Shown here piece by piece: positions 22,857-30,976 of a stretch of 64,000 bases of DNA (positions within the stretch are counted from its first letter, which is position 1; every line of letters begins with the position of its first letter). A program made the translations under genes and the position numbers. A model generated the notes under the pieces. The model was not told the origin of the DNA and made no database searches. It saw only the letters and a list, made by a program, of their open reading frames with translations. The stretch comes from an uncultured Actinomycetes bacterium (GTDB taxonomy: Bacteria; Actinomycetota; UBA4738; HRBIN12), in assembly GCA_963714865.1 (NCBI GenBank), contig CAVQPR010000001.1:12775-76774 (forward strand). The letters run 5' to 3'.

Positions 22857-22876
22857 TCTCCTCCTACGAGGAGATC
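22855..22876. terminator. perfect hairpin at a convergent junction (GATCTCCTC-CTAC-GAGGAGATC)
   Basis: 9-bp stem with a 4-nt loop. The rpmA stop lies in the 5' arm, and the stop of the minus-strand gene lies in the loop. No U-tract. Confidence 0.35.
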
Positions 22877-23325
22877 CGTCGCGTGATCTCGTCGGCCCAC
22901 CCCTGGATCTGGCTCTTGCGGTCGATCCCCACCGTCTGCAGATAGCGGATGTTCTGGCGCTGGTGACGCCGCTTCGAGGGGCGCCGCATCGCGGCGAAGG
23001 CGCCCCGCGTCGCCATCGGATCCTCTAGGGGATCGTCGGGCTCCAGCGGTGGAGGCTTCGTGAAGTAGAAGGCCGTTCGGCGTGCCTGCCCGTCCTCGCT
23101 CCACTCGACCATCAGGACCGGCGAGCCGCGCAGTCGCTTCGCGCGCCGGATCACGGTCCACGGGATCGAGACGGTCGTCTCTTCGGTCTCGAAGGCGACG
23201 GCGTCCTCGGCGATCGAGAGCGAGCCCTTCACGTCTCGCGGGTCGCCGGAGCCTAGGTGGACCATCCACACGGTCGTCGAGGCCGGCATCCGGGCATCTT
23301 CCACCCTCGGGCCGGGTTCGACCAC
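22864..23325 (-). CDS. hypothetical protein, possibly with a PH/GRAM-like beta-sandwich N-terminal half
   Basis: Codon usage looks coding, and the gene lies antisense between rpmA and obg. The pattern GSLSIAEDAVAFE...VSIPWTVIRRAKR...LMVEW resembles bacterial PH-like domains. Basic C-terminal helix. The start is uncertain (23325, 23289 or later). Confidence 0.5.
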   Translation of the reverse strand: MVEPGPRVEDARMPASTTVWMVHLGSGDPRDVKGSLSIAEDAVAFETEETTVSIPWTVIRRAKRLRGSPVLMVEWSEDGQARRTAFYFTKPPPLEPDDPLEDPMATRGAFAAMRRPSKRRHQRQNIRYLQTVGIDRKSQIQGWADEITRRISS

Positions 23326-23346
23326 CGCTCCCGTACGCTAGATGCG

Positions 23347-24624
23347 ATGGCCTTCGTCGACGAATGCACCGTGTTCGCCCGGGCTGGGCGCGGCGGCAAC
23401 GGGTCCGCGCACATGCACAGCGAGCCGTACAAGCCGCAGGGGGGTCCCGACGGCGGCGACGGCGGCGACGGTGGCTCGGTGGTGCTCGAGGTCGCACGCG
23501 GGGTCCACGATCTTTCTTGGCTCGCCGATCATCCGCACCTGCGGGCCGATGGCGGCGAACCCGGCAGGTCCACGAACCGTGAAGGTGCCCGGGGCAAGGA
23601 CCTGGTCGTCCACGTACCCGACGGCACGGCGGTCTTCGATCGGGGTGAGCTCGTGGCCGACCTGGTGGGAGAGGGCGCACGCGCCGTCATCGCTCGCGGC
23701 GGGCGGGGTGGGCGCGGCAACGCGGCGTTCGTCAGCGCGCGCAACCGCGTGCCGCGCACCTCGGAGCCCGGTGAGGAGGGCGAGGACCTGCGTCTTTCGG
23801 TCGAGCTGCGCACCGTGGCCGACGTCGGCCTGGTGGGCCTCCCCAACGCCGGCAAGTCCACGCTGCTGGCTCGACTGACGGCCGCGCGGCCCAAGATCGC
23901 CAACTACCCGTTCACGACCCTGACGCCGAACCTCGGCGTGGCCGGCGACGACGCGGACCGGTTCGTGCTCGCCGACATCCCGGGGCTCATCGAGGGCGCG
24001 AGCCACGGCAAGGGGCTCGGCCATCGGTTCCTGCGGCACATCGTGCGCTGCCGGGCGCTCGTGCTGGTGGTCGACCTGGCCACCGAGGATCCGCCGGCCG
24101 ATCTGGCCACGCTTCGGACCGAGCTTGCGGCCTACGATGAGCAGCTCGTGCACCGCCCCGCGATCGTGGTCGGGACCAAGGCCGACCTCATCGACGATCC
24201 CGAGGCCGCCGCGCGCGAGCTCGGATCCGACGCGATGGCGACCTCCGCGATGTCGGACGAGGGCGTCGACCAGCTCATCGAACGACTGGGTCTGCTCGCG
24301 CGCGAGGCCGAGAAGGCCGAGCCCGACGCGGCCCCCTACGTCGTGCTGCGCCCCGGTCGTCCGCGCTTCACCGTCACGCGGGAGGGGCCCCACAGATGGC
24401 GGGTCGTCGGGCGAGGCGTCGAGCGATGGGTGGACGATACCGATCTGGACGACGAGGGCGACCTCGCGATCCTGCAACGCCGGCTGGTCAAGGACGGTGT
24501 CGAGCGCGTGCTCGTGTCCGAGGGGGCCCGCCACGGCGACGAGGTTACGATCGGCGCCCACGTGTTCGACTTCCTCCCCGATGCTCCGACGGATCCGGAA
24601 GGGGATGATCCCACCTGGACGTAG
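23347..24624 (+). CDS. obg: GTPase Obg/CgtA
   Basis: MAFVDECTVFARAGRGGNGS with the Gly-rich Obg fold (GGDGGDGGSVV). G1 motif GLPNAGKST, G3 DIPGLIEGA and G4 TKAD. C-terminal TGS-like domain. Confidence 0.95.
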   Translation: MAFVDECTVFARAGRGGNGSAHMHSEPYKPQGGPDGGDGGDGGSVVLEVARGVHDLSWLADHPHLRADGGEPGRSTNREGARGKDLVVHVPDGTAVFDRGELVADLVGEGARAVIARGGRGGRGNAAFVSARNRVPRTSEPGEEGEDLRLSVELRTVADVGLVGLPNAGKSTLLARLTAARPKIANYPFTTLTPNLGVAGDDADRFVLADIPGLIEGASHGKGLGHRFLRHIVRCRALVLVVDLATEDPPADLATLRTELAAYDEQLVHRPAIVVGTKADLIDDPEAAARELGSDAMATSAMSDEGVDQLIERLGLLAREAEKAEPDAAPYVVLRPGRPRFTVTREGPHRWRVVGRGVERWVDDTDLDDEGDLAILQRRLVKDGVERVLVSEGARHGDEVTIGAHVFDFLPDAPTDPEGDDPTWT

Positions 24625-24629
24625 GCAGA

Positions 24630-25058
24630 TTGATGGTCGAGGACGACGCCGGTTGGCAGGCCCTGCATGACGCGTTCGCCGCGATCCCGCCCGATCGGTT
24701 CTCAGAACCCACCGTCACGCCCGAGGGCTGGTCGCCGAAGGACGTGATGTTCCACGTCGCCTATTGGATGGCCGACTGCGCCCACGTGCTGGAACGGATC
24801 AGCGCGGGGACGTGGGACGGCGGCCAGGATGAGACGCCGGCGACGATCGAGCGGATCAACGCCGAGGGGTTCGAGCGGTCGCGCGGCATGGATCCGGCCG
24901 ACGTGCGGGCGTCGTTCGCCGCATCCCATCAGCAGATGTGCGAGGCGATGGGTCGATCGGACACGATCACGCCCGATTCGTGGGAGTGGTTCGAGGAGTC
25001 CGGACCGCTGCACTACGCCAAGCACGTGGACGACCTGCGCGCCTGGCTGGACCGGTAG
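24630..25058 (+). CDS. DinB / maleylpyruvate-isomerase-N-terminal-like helical bundle protein
   Basis: 142 aa. GWSPKDVMFHVAYW...LHYAKHVDDLRAWL is typical of DinB-like metal-binding bundles. Confidence 0.55.
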   Translation: MMVEDDAGWQALHDAFAAIPPDRFSEPTVTPEGWSPKDVMFHVAYWMADCAHVLERISAGTWDGGQDETPATIERINAEGFERSRGMDPADVRASFAASHQQMCEAMGRSDTITPDSWEWFEESGPLHYAKHVDDLRAWLDR

Positions 25059-25101
25059 GCGCCTCCCGGGATGGTCACCCCGGCACCGTAGGATACGGGC
25101 G

Positions 25102-25698
25102 ATGGGAACCCGCCTGGGGGTCATGGGTGGCACCTTCGACCCCATCCACTACGGACACCTCGTCACCGCCGAGGAGGCCCTCCAGCAGTTCGAGCTGGAC
25201 GGCGTCATCTTCATGCCTACCGGCCTGCCCTGGATGAAGCAGCACGACGTGGTGTCGCCGGCCGAGGACCGCTACCTGATGACGGTGATCGCGACCGCCT
25301 CCAACCCGTTGTTCCGGGTCTCTCGTGTCGAGGTGGATCGGGATGGGGCGACCTACACCGTCGACACGCTGCGCGGCCTTCGGGAACAGATGGGCGCCGA
25401 TGTCGAGCTGTTCTTCATCACGGGCGCCGACGCCGTGCGCGAGATCTTCCAGTGGAAGGACCACGAGGAGCTGTTCGCCCTGGCCCACTTCATCGCCGCG
25501 ACGCGTCCCGGCCACGACCTCGCCGATCTCGAGACGCACGCGCCGACCAAGCATCCCGGCGTGACCGTCATGTCGGTTCCCGCGCTGGCGATCTCTTCCA
25601 CCGACATCCGAGCGCGCGTCGGTGCGGCCCGGCCCATCCGGTACCTCGTTCCCGAGGGTGTCAAGAGCTATATCGAGAAGGCGGGGCTGTACCGATGA
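25102..25698 (+). CDS. nadD: nicotinate-nucleotide adenylyltransferase
   Basis: GVMGGTFDPIHYGHL (HxGH motif) and ISSTDIR near the C-terminus. Confidence 0.9.
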   Translation: MGTRLGVMGGTFDPIHYGHLVTAEEALQQFELDGVIFMPTGLPWMKQHDVVSPAEDRYLMTVIATASNPLFRVSRVEVDRDGATYTVDTLRGLREQMGADVELFFITGADAVREIFQWKDHEELFALAHFIAATRPGHDLADLETHAPTKHPGVTVMSVPALAISSTDIRARVGAARPIRYLVPEGVKSYIEKAGLYR

Positions 25699-26789
25699 GC
25701 CTGGCCGGGCCCGGCGATCCGACGCCGGTCCGCGGCTCGCGGGCCGCGCGGGGCGCTCGACGACGCCACCGGCGGCTCGCGATCGGCGCGGCCGTCGTCG
25801 CGGCCGCACTGGGCCTGTGGTATCTGAGCTCGCGCGATGGGGGCTCGGGGGAGGCCGGTCCGTCGCCCTCCGGCACGGCCACGCAAAGGCCACAGGAGCC
25901 TCGGATGCTGGCCCTGTCGGTGACCGGCGCGCCGCATCCCTTGATGGCCGTGATCGGCGCAGGTCCTCCAGGGCCCGGCGCGGCCCTGCCCATCCCCATG
26001 GACCTGAATGCGGTGGTGCCCGGCAGCGGTGAGATGGACGCCGTTGACATCGCCCGGCTGCCGGGGGCGTCGATGCAGGTGGCGTTGTCCAACATCGTCG
26101 GCGCCTGGAACGAGGCCTACGCCGTCATGCCGCTGAAGGGACTGGCCGCGGCGATCGATCGCGAGGGCGGGCTGACCGTCGACCTGCCGAGAACCGTGTC
26201 CACGAACGCGGGCGTGCTCGGGCCGGGAGAGGTCGTCCTGAGCGGCGCGCAGGTTCGGGCGTTGCTCGCGTCACCCGACGACGCCTCGCTGCATTGGGAT
26301 CTGGTGCTCGGCGCCTTGCTCGAGACCCCTCCGACGGTCGAGTCCTCGGACATGAGCGCGTCGAACGGCGCCGAGCTGGTCACCGAGGTCTGGGCCGGCG
26401 CCGCGGGCGGCCGGGTCGAGTCCTTCCCGGTGCAGATCGTGGCCGGAACGGTTCCCATCGCCCAGCAGCCCCAGCTCGACGAGTTGGTGGGGGCCACGTT
26501 CGGGACTCCCACCCCGATCCCGGTCATCGTCCAGAACGGGAACGGGACCCCAGGAGTGGGGGAACAGGTCGCCCGCGCGGTCATCCCCGCCGGGTTCCGC
26601 GTCGTGCTGTCCCAGAACGCGGGATCCTTCGGCCTGCCGTCGACCGACGTCATCGCCAACGGTCCCGAGAACATCGCCGCTGCGCGTCAGGCCCGCAAGG
26701 CCCTCGGCGTCGGCCGGGTCGGCGTGTCCCAGGTACCATCGGGTATCGGCGACGTACTCATCGTGGTCGGGGAGGACTTCACGGCTTGA
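25695..26789 (+). CDS. LCP (LytR-CpsA-Psr)-like membrane protein with a LytR_C domain
   Basis: ATGA overlap with the nadD stop. It has an N-terminal TM anchor, a degenerate LCP-like middle region, and a C-terminal PVIVQNGNGTPGVGEQVA...VLIVVGEDF (LytR_C). nadD-X-rsfS synteny. Confidence 0.7.
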   Translation: MSLAGPGDPTPVRGSRAARGARRRHRRLAIGAAVVAAALGLWYLSSRDGGSGEAGPSPSGTATQRPQEPRMLALSVTGAPHPLMAVIGAGPPGPGAALPIPMDLNAVVPGSGEMDAVDIARLPGASMQVALSNIVGAWNEAYAVMPLKGLAAAIDREGGLTVDLPRTVSTNAGVLGPGEVVLSGAQVRALLASPDDASLHWDLVLGALLETPPTVESSDMSASNGAELVTEVWAGAAGGRVESFPVQIVAGTVPIAQQPQLDELVGATFGTPTPIPVIVQNGNGTPGVGEQVARAVIPAGFRVVLSQNAGSFGLPSTDVIANGPENIAAARQARKALGVGRVGVSQVPSGIGDVLIVVGEDFTA

Positions 26790-26845
26790 CGACGGCATCC
26801 AGCAGGCGGGAGGGGACGGGCGCCGCCCTGCCCACCAGCCGTGAC

Positions 26846-27199
26846 ATGGCCATCGCCGCCGCGAGAGCCGCCGCCGACAAGCAGGCGAGCGACATCGTGG
26901 TGCTCGACGTGAGCACGACGCTGGTGATCACCGACCTGTTCGTGATCGCCACGGCCGCGACCAACCGACAGATCAGGACCGTGATCGAGGCCGTGGAGAA
27001 CGCACTTCGCACGGTGGGGGAGAAGCCCGCCCGTCGCGAGGGCGAGTCCGAGGCCGGATGGTGGCTCCTCGACTACATCGACGTGGTCGTCCACGTGTTC
27101 GGGACCGAGGAGCGCGAGTACTACGATCTGGAGCGCCTGTGGTCCGACGCGCCGAAGGTTCCGTGGGACGACCGAGCGGACCCGGTCGCTTCTGAGTGA
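26846..27199 (+). CDS. rsfS: ribosome silencing factor RsfS
   Basis: AAADKQASDIVVLDVS...DLFVIATA...WWLLDYIDVVVHVF...YYDLERLW. A TTG start near 26786 is also possible. Confidence 0.9.
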   Translation: MAIAAARAAADKQASDIVVLDVSTTLVITDLFVIATAATNRQIRTVIEAVENALRTVGEKPARREGESEAGWWLLDYIDVVVHVFGTEEREYYDLERLWSDAPKVPWDDRADPVASE

Positions 27200-27206
27200 G
27201 TGTGGG

Positions 27207-27236
27207 TTGACCTTTAGCGGCACCGCTACATAGAGT
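27207..27236 (+). promoter_or_regulatory. candidate sigma-70-type promoter (TTGACC - 18 nt - TAGAGT)
   Basis: Hexamers at 27207-27212 and 27231-27236 in the AT-richer gap after rsfS, upstream of ORF 27288. Confidence 0.3.
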
Positions 27237-27287
27237 CGTTGTGTATGACGGCTTCCCTCCGACGTCTGGCTCCTCGACGCACGAAGC

Positions 27288-28724
27288 GTGTGCTCGGCGC
27301 ATTCGTATGTCTGCTGCTTGGCGGTCGCAGGGATCGGACTTACGGCAACTCCGGCGCTCGCGGAGCCGCCGACCGTGACGGTGAACGTCACGCCGAGCTC
27401 CCCGAACGGGAGCAACGGCTGGTACAACTCCGGCAATATCCAGGTCTCGTTCACGTGGTCGACGATGCGTGGCCAGACTCTACCGACGACGCCTCGCCGA
27501 TGCGGGTGAACGACCATCAACATCGACACGCCGCAGGCGGGCAGTCACCGTCACCTGCAGCGTCACGACCGACGAGCGGCGACGGCACGGACAGCATCAC
27601 GATCCGGCGGGACACGACGCCGCCGACGCTGGCGCCCACGCATCTCGCCCAACCGCATCGTGCTGAACGATCCGTCGGCCTCGGCGAGCCCGAACGCCAC
27701 GGACCCCAACCCCGGCTCCGCGATCGCCTCGCAGTCGTGCGGCGCCATCAACACATCGACGTCGGGTCCCAAGCAGGTGACCTGCAACGCGACCGACACG
27801 GCCGGCAACGCGGCGACGCCGGTCGTCCTCGACTACGTCGTGAAGAAGTTCGGGCCGCCCGCCTCGATCGCGATGCTCAAGGGGACCGGCCAATCGGCGT
27901 TCACCGGCAGGAGGTTCCCCACGCCGTTGGTGGCGCAGGTCCTGGACGCGTTCGGGAATCCGCGCCCCAAGGTGGAGGTGCGGTTCCGCCGGCCCGGCAA
28001 GGGCGCGTTCGCCAAGCTCTCGGCCAAGCGCGACACGACCGACGCGAACGGGAAGGCATCGGTGAAGGCCACCGCCAACCTGAACGTCGGGAAGTACAAC
28101 GTCCGCGCGTCGGTCGTGAACGTTCCGGCGGGGACGGCGGTCTTCGCGCTCACCAACGTGAAGGCTCCGTTCTTCTCCGACAACTTCAGTCACGGATGGC
28201 GGAGCTGGAACAAGAACGGGCTGGCGACCATCGCGGGGGGCGTTGGCCAACCCAAGCCCAGCGCGTTGCTTCGGGCGACCGGGGGGAAGACGTACGCGAA
28301 CCACGGCCTCGGCAAGGTCTACAAGCGCGCGTGCGCCACCGCCGCGTTCCGCCTCAACTCGATCGGGGGCGAGGCCGTGTCGATCCTCCGCCTGCGCAAC
28401 AGCAAGGTCGATGGCGTGGCGCGGCTGAGCGTCGACACCACGCGAGAGCTCTTCATCCGCAACGACGCCCGAGGCGGTGTGAAGCCATCGGGTGTGTTCG
28501 TCGCCCTGGGGAACTGGTATCAGCTCGAGCTTTGCACCACCAGCGGCACGGGGGGGTCGATCCAGGCCTACGTGGGCGGGTCCCAGATCGTGGGTTGGCA
28601 GCAGAACCTTGGCAAGAAGCGGATCGGCATGATCCAGTTGGTCGAGAACGACACCAAGGTGTTCTCGATGAACCTCGATCAGATCGTGGTCGACGGCAAG
28701 CCCGGCGAACCGACCGTGAGCTAG
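27288..28724 (+). pseudogene. decayed secreted surface protein (signal peptide, Ig-like modules, C-terminal jelly-roll module)
   Basis: Signal peptide ...ATPALA is followed by NGSNGWYNSGNIQVSF. There is an in-frame TGA at 27507-27509. Plausible protein sequence then hops frames: TTINIDTPQAG in frame 0, AVTVTCSVTTDE in frame 1, GDGTDSITIRRDTTPPTLAPT in frame 2, and back to frame 0 at ~27645 (ORF 27660..28724, with a Big_1-like AQVLDAFGNP...TDANGKASV). Confidence 0.6.
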
Positions 28725-28733
28725 CGGTAGGCG

Positions 28734-28758
28734 CCCGGCGACCAGTTGGGTCGGCGGG
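28734..28758. terminator. imperfect hairpin at a convergent junction
   Basis: CCCGGCGACC-AGTTG-GGTCGGCGGG (9 of 10 pairs) between stop 28724 (+) and stop 28759 (-). Confidence 0.3.
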
Positions 28759-29145
28759 TCACACGGTTTCCTTGCTGTCGGCGAACCACCACAACGCGCG
28801 TCGGGCGAGCAGGACCACGCGCATCGGGATGTCCCGCACCCGCCGGATGCGCACGCAACGGGGCCATCCGCACGGTGATCCGGTGTCCACCCGCGTGCAG
28901 GTCGGAGGCCACTCGTCGTCGACGCGCGTTAGCTCGACGTCGCACTTCTCGCACCCGTACCGCACGGTCCTCGGTCCCCAACTTCTTGCCGTGCGTCGGA
29001 GCTCGTGCCGACAATCGCAGTGCGTGTCGTAGACGAGCCACCACTGCAGCGCCATGATCCCGCTCACGACCGCGAACATGCTGGGCAACAACACCATCAT
29101 CCAGCCCACGAACTCGAGGGCGTCGAGCAGTTCTCGGGATGTCAT
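28759..29145 (-). CDS. hypothetical small membrane protein with a Cys-rich (zinc-ribbon-like) tail
   Basis: 128 aa with the TM helix FVGWMMVLLPSMFAVVSGIMAL, then HCDC...CEKC...C..C pairs. It is the last gene of a co-directional pyk cluster. Confidence 0.5.
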   Translation of the reverse strand: MTSRELLDALEFVGWMMVLLPSMFAVVSGIMALQWWLVYDTHCDCRHELRRTARSWGPRTVRYGCEKCDVELTRVDDEWPPTCTRVDTGSPCGWPRCVRIRRVRDIPMRVVLLARRALWWFADSKETV

Positions 29146-29208
29146 GTCGTCACCCGTGCTGCGACGAGCCCCGCGTCGGTGATGACGGCCCCGCGCTGCA
29201 CCAACATG

Positions 29209-30195
29209 TCAGGGTCCTTCCACGAGCGAGGCGACGATCGCGTAGGTGGCTCCGCCGGAGCGGCAGCCCAGTTGTGCGGCACTGGAGTGGGAGAACGTTC
29301 CCTTGAGCTTGGTGGCTCGCCATCGGCCTCCGCGGGTGTCGGCACCGACGACCCGCAGTGACAGGTCGTAGCTCGATGTCAGCTCGACCGTGCCGCAGAC
29401 CATGCCGACGTGGCCCGAGCCGCCGCCTTCGTAGAGCACGCCGTCCCGAGCGAGTTCCGTCACGGGAAGCGGACCGTTCACGTCACGGAGTCGAATCTCG
29501 CACGCGCCCTGCTCGCAGACGGCCGTGACCCGCCACGCGGACGTGGAGTCGTCCAGGCCGGTGATCCCGTAGGACGACCTGACCTTCAGCGCCACGTCGA
29601 AGACCCCGCTCACCCGAGCCGCCGCCAGTGGGGGTCGTGGGGTCAGCACGCGAGTCTCCGTGCCGGACACCTCGACGTGCGGATCGCCGCCGACCGCCTC
29701 GACCAGGTAGCGATAGCGCGTGTGCGGCACCACGTCGTGGTCGACGAACCGTTCGAACTCGGGATCCACCGAGGCGATGAGTTCGTCGTTCCGGTAGACG
29801 GCATAGTGGTCGATCTCACCGGATCCGGCCCCTCGATCCCAGGCGAGGGTTACGGCGAACGGGAGCGCGCTCGCCTTGAGGCGCCGGGGCGCCGGCGGCG
29901 GACTGGGGGGCGTGGAGACCTCTGGCGCCTCCACGCGAACCGCGTCGGTGCCGCTTGAGCTCATCAGATACACGGCGACGGCTACGGCCGCGATGCCGAT
30001 CACGAGCATCATCGCGATCAGCGCCCGGTGACGCCGGGGGCTTTCAGGTGGGGTGATCCGATCGGATCTGAGAGGTTCCGATGGTTCGCGATCCAACGTC
30101 GTGGGCCCGACCGGGTCGGGCCGCTTCGGAGTTCCATCCATCATCGATCCACCCCCTTCGTTTGGCTGGTGCCAGACCTCAGTCATCGCCGTCAC
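29209..30195 (-). CDS. single-pass membrane protein with an extracytoplasmic FN3-like domain and a Cys-containing C-terminal domain
   Basis: TM helix ALIAMMLVIGIAAVAVAVYLM, a Pro-rich linker, then AVTLAWDRGAGSGEIDHYAVYRNDELI...TRYRYLVEAV (FN3-like). The start is uncertain (30195, 30186 or 30144). Confidence 0.6.
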   Translation of the reverse strand: MTAMTEVWHQPNEGGGSMMDGTPKRPDPVGPTTLDREPSEPLRSDRITPPESPRRHRALIAMMLVIGIAAVAVAVYLMSSSGTDAVRVEAPEVSTPPSPPPAPRRLKASALPFAVTLAWDRGAGSGEIDHYAVYRNDELIASVDPEFERFVDHDVVPHTRYRYLVEAVGGDPHVEVSGTETRVLTPRPPLAAARVSGVFDVALKVRSSYGITGLDDSTSAWRVTAVCEQGACEIRLRDVNGPLPVTELARDGVLYEGGGSGHVGMVCGTVELTSSYDLSLRVVGADTRGGRWRATKLKGTFSHSSAAQLGCRSGGATYAIVASLVEGP

Positions 30196-30976
30196 CGTCG
30201 CCGAGCAGGAACAGGATCCGCAGGACCTCGAGGTAGACCCAGACGATCGTCACCAGCAGGGACCACGCCGCGAACCACTCCATCGTGGCCGGCGCACGTC
30301 GTGCGGCCTGCGACCGGATGAAGTCGAGGTCGAGGAGCAGGTTCGCGCACGCGACGACGATCACCAGGAGAGACAGCGCCACGGCGATCCAGCCGCTTTC
30401 GGGGAGCAGCGCGATCGGGGCGCCGAACGCCTCCGCCGCCAGCCCCACGACGTAGACGCCGAGCACGGCGCCGGTCGCGATGCCAACGCCCGTGATGAAG
30501 CGGTGTGACAGGGCTCGTGGGATCGTCAGCGAGACGACGAACACCAGCACGCACACGAGGGTCGTACCAACGGCCGTCGAGCGAGCGACCCCCGGAGCGA
30601 ACTCGTCTGCTGCGGAGGTCAGCGCCCCCAGCATCGTGCCCTGACATGCCGCGTACGGCACCGCCAGCCATCGGCCGAGCTCCCAGCGGGCTCCGATATT
30701 GAGTCCGACCAGCAGTCCGACGAACAGGGCCGCGATGCCGACGAAGTGAACGTTCGACCCCGTGTCGTGAGCACTCCATGTGACGTAGGCGGCGCCGAGC
30801 GACACGAGGAACAGCACGAGGGCCTTGCCTACGGTTCCTCGAACGGTCATCGCGTGTTCCGAGGCAACCGACTCGGCTGCATCCAGGTGGCCGTTGGGTT
30901 GCAAACTCGGGCTCCCGAAGAAGCCGTGCAACTCGTTAGGAGGCGGCGGGAGAGGCTTGGCGGCAGTGTCAGCCAT
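30179..30976 (-). CDS. Bax inhibitor-1/YccA-family membrane protein
   Basis: 265 aa with about 7 TM helices and the C-terminal WVYLEVLRILFLL typical of the actinobacterial BI-1/YccA-like family. The ATG overlaps the pyk stop by 8 nt. Confidence 0.65.
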   Translation of the reverse strand: MADTAAKPLPPPPNELHGFFGSPSLQPNGHLDAAESVASEHAMTVRGTVGKALVLFLVSLGAAYVTWSAHDTGSNVHFVGIAALFVGLLVGLNIGARWELGRWLAVPYAACQGTMLGALTSAADEFAPGVARSTAVGTTLVCVLVFVVSLTIPRALSHRFITGVGIATGAVLGVYVVGLAAEAFGAPIALLPESGWIAVALSLLVIVVACANLLLDLDFIRSQAARRAPATMEWFAAWSLLVTIVWVYLEVLRILFLLGDGDGDD

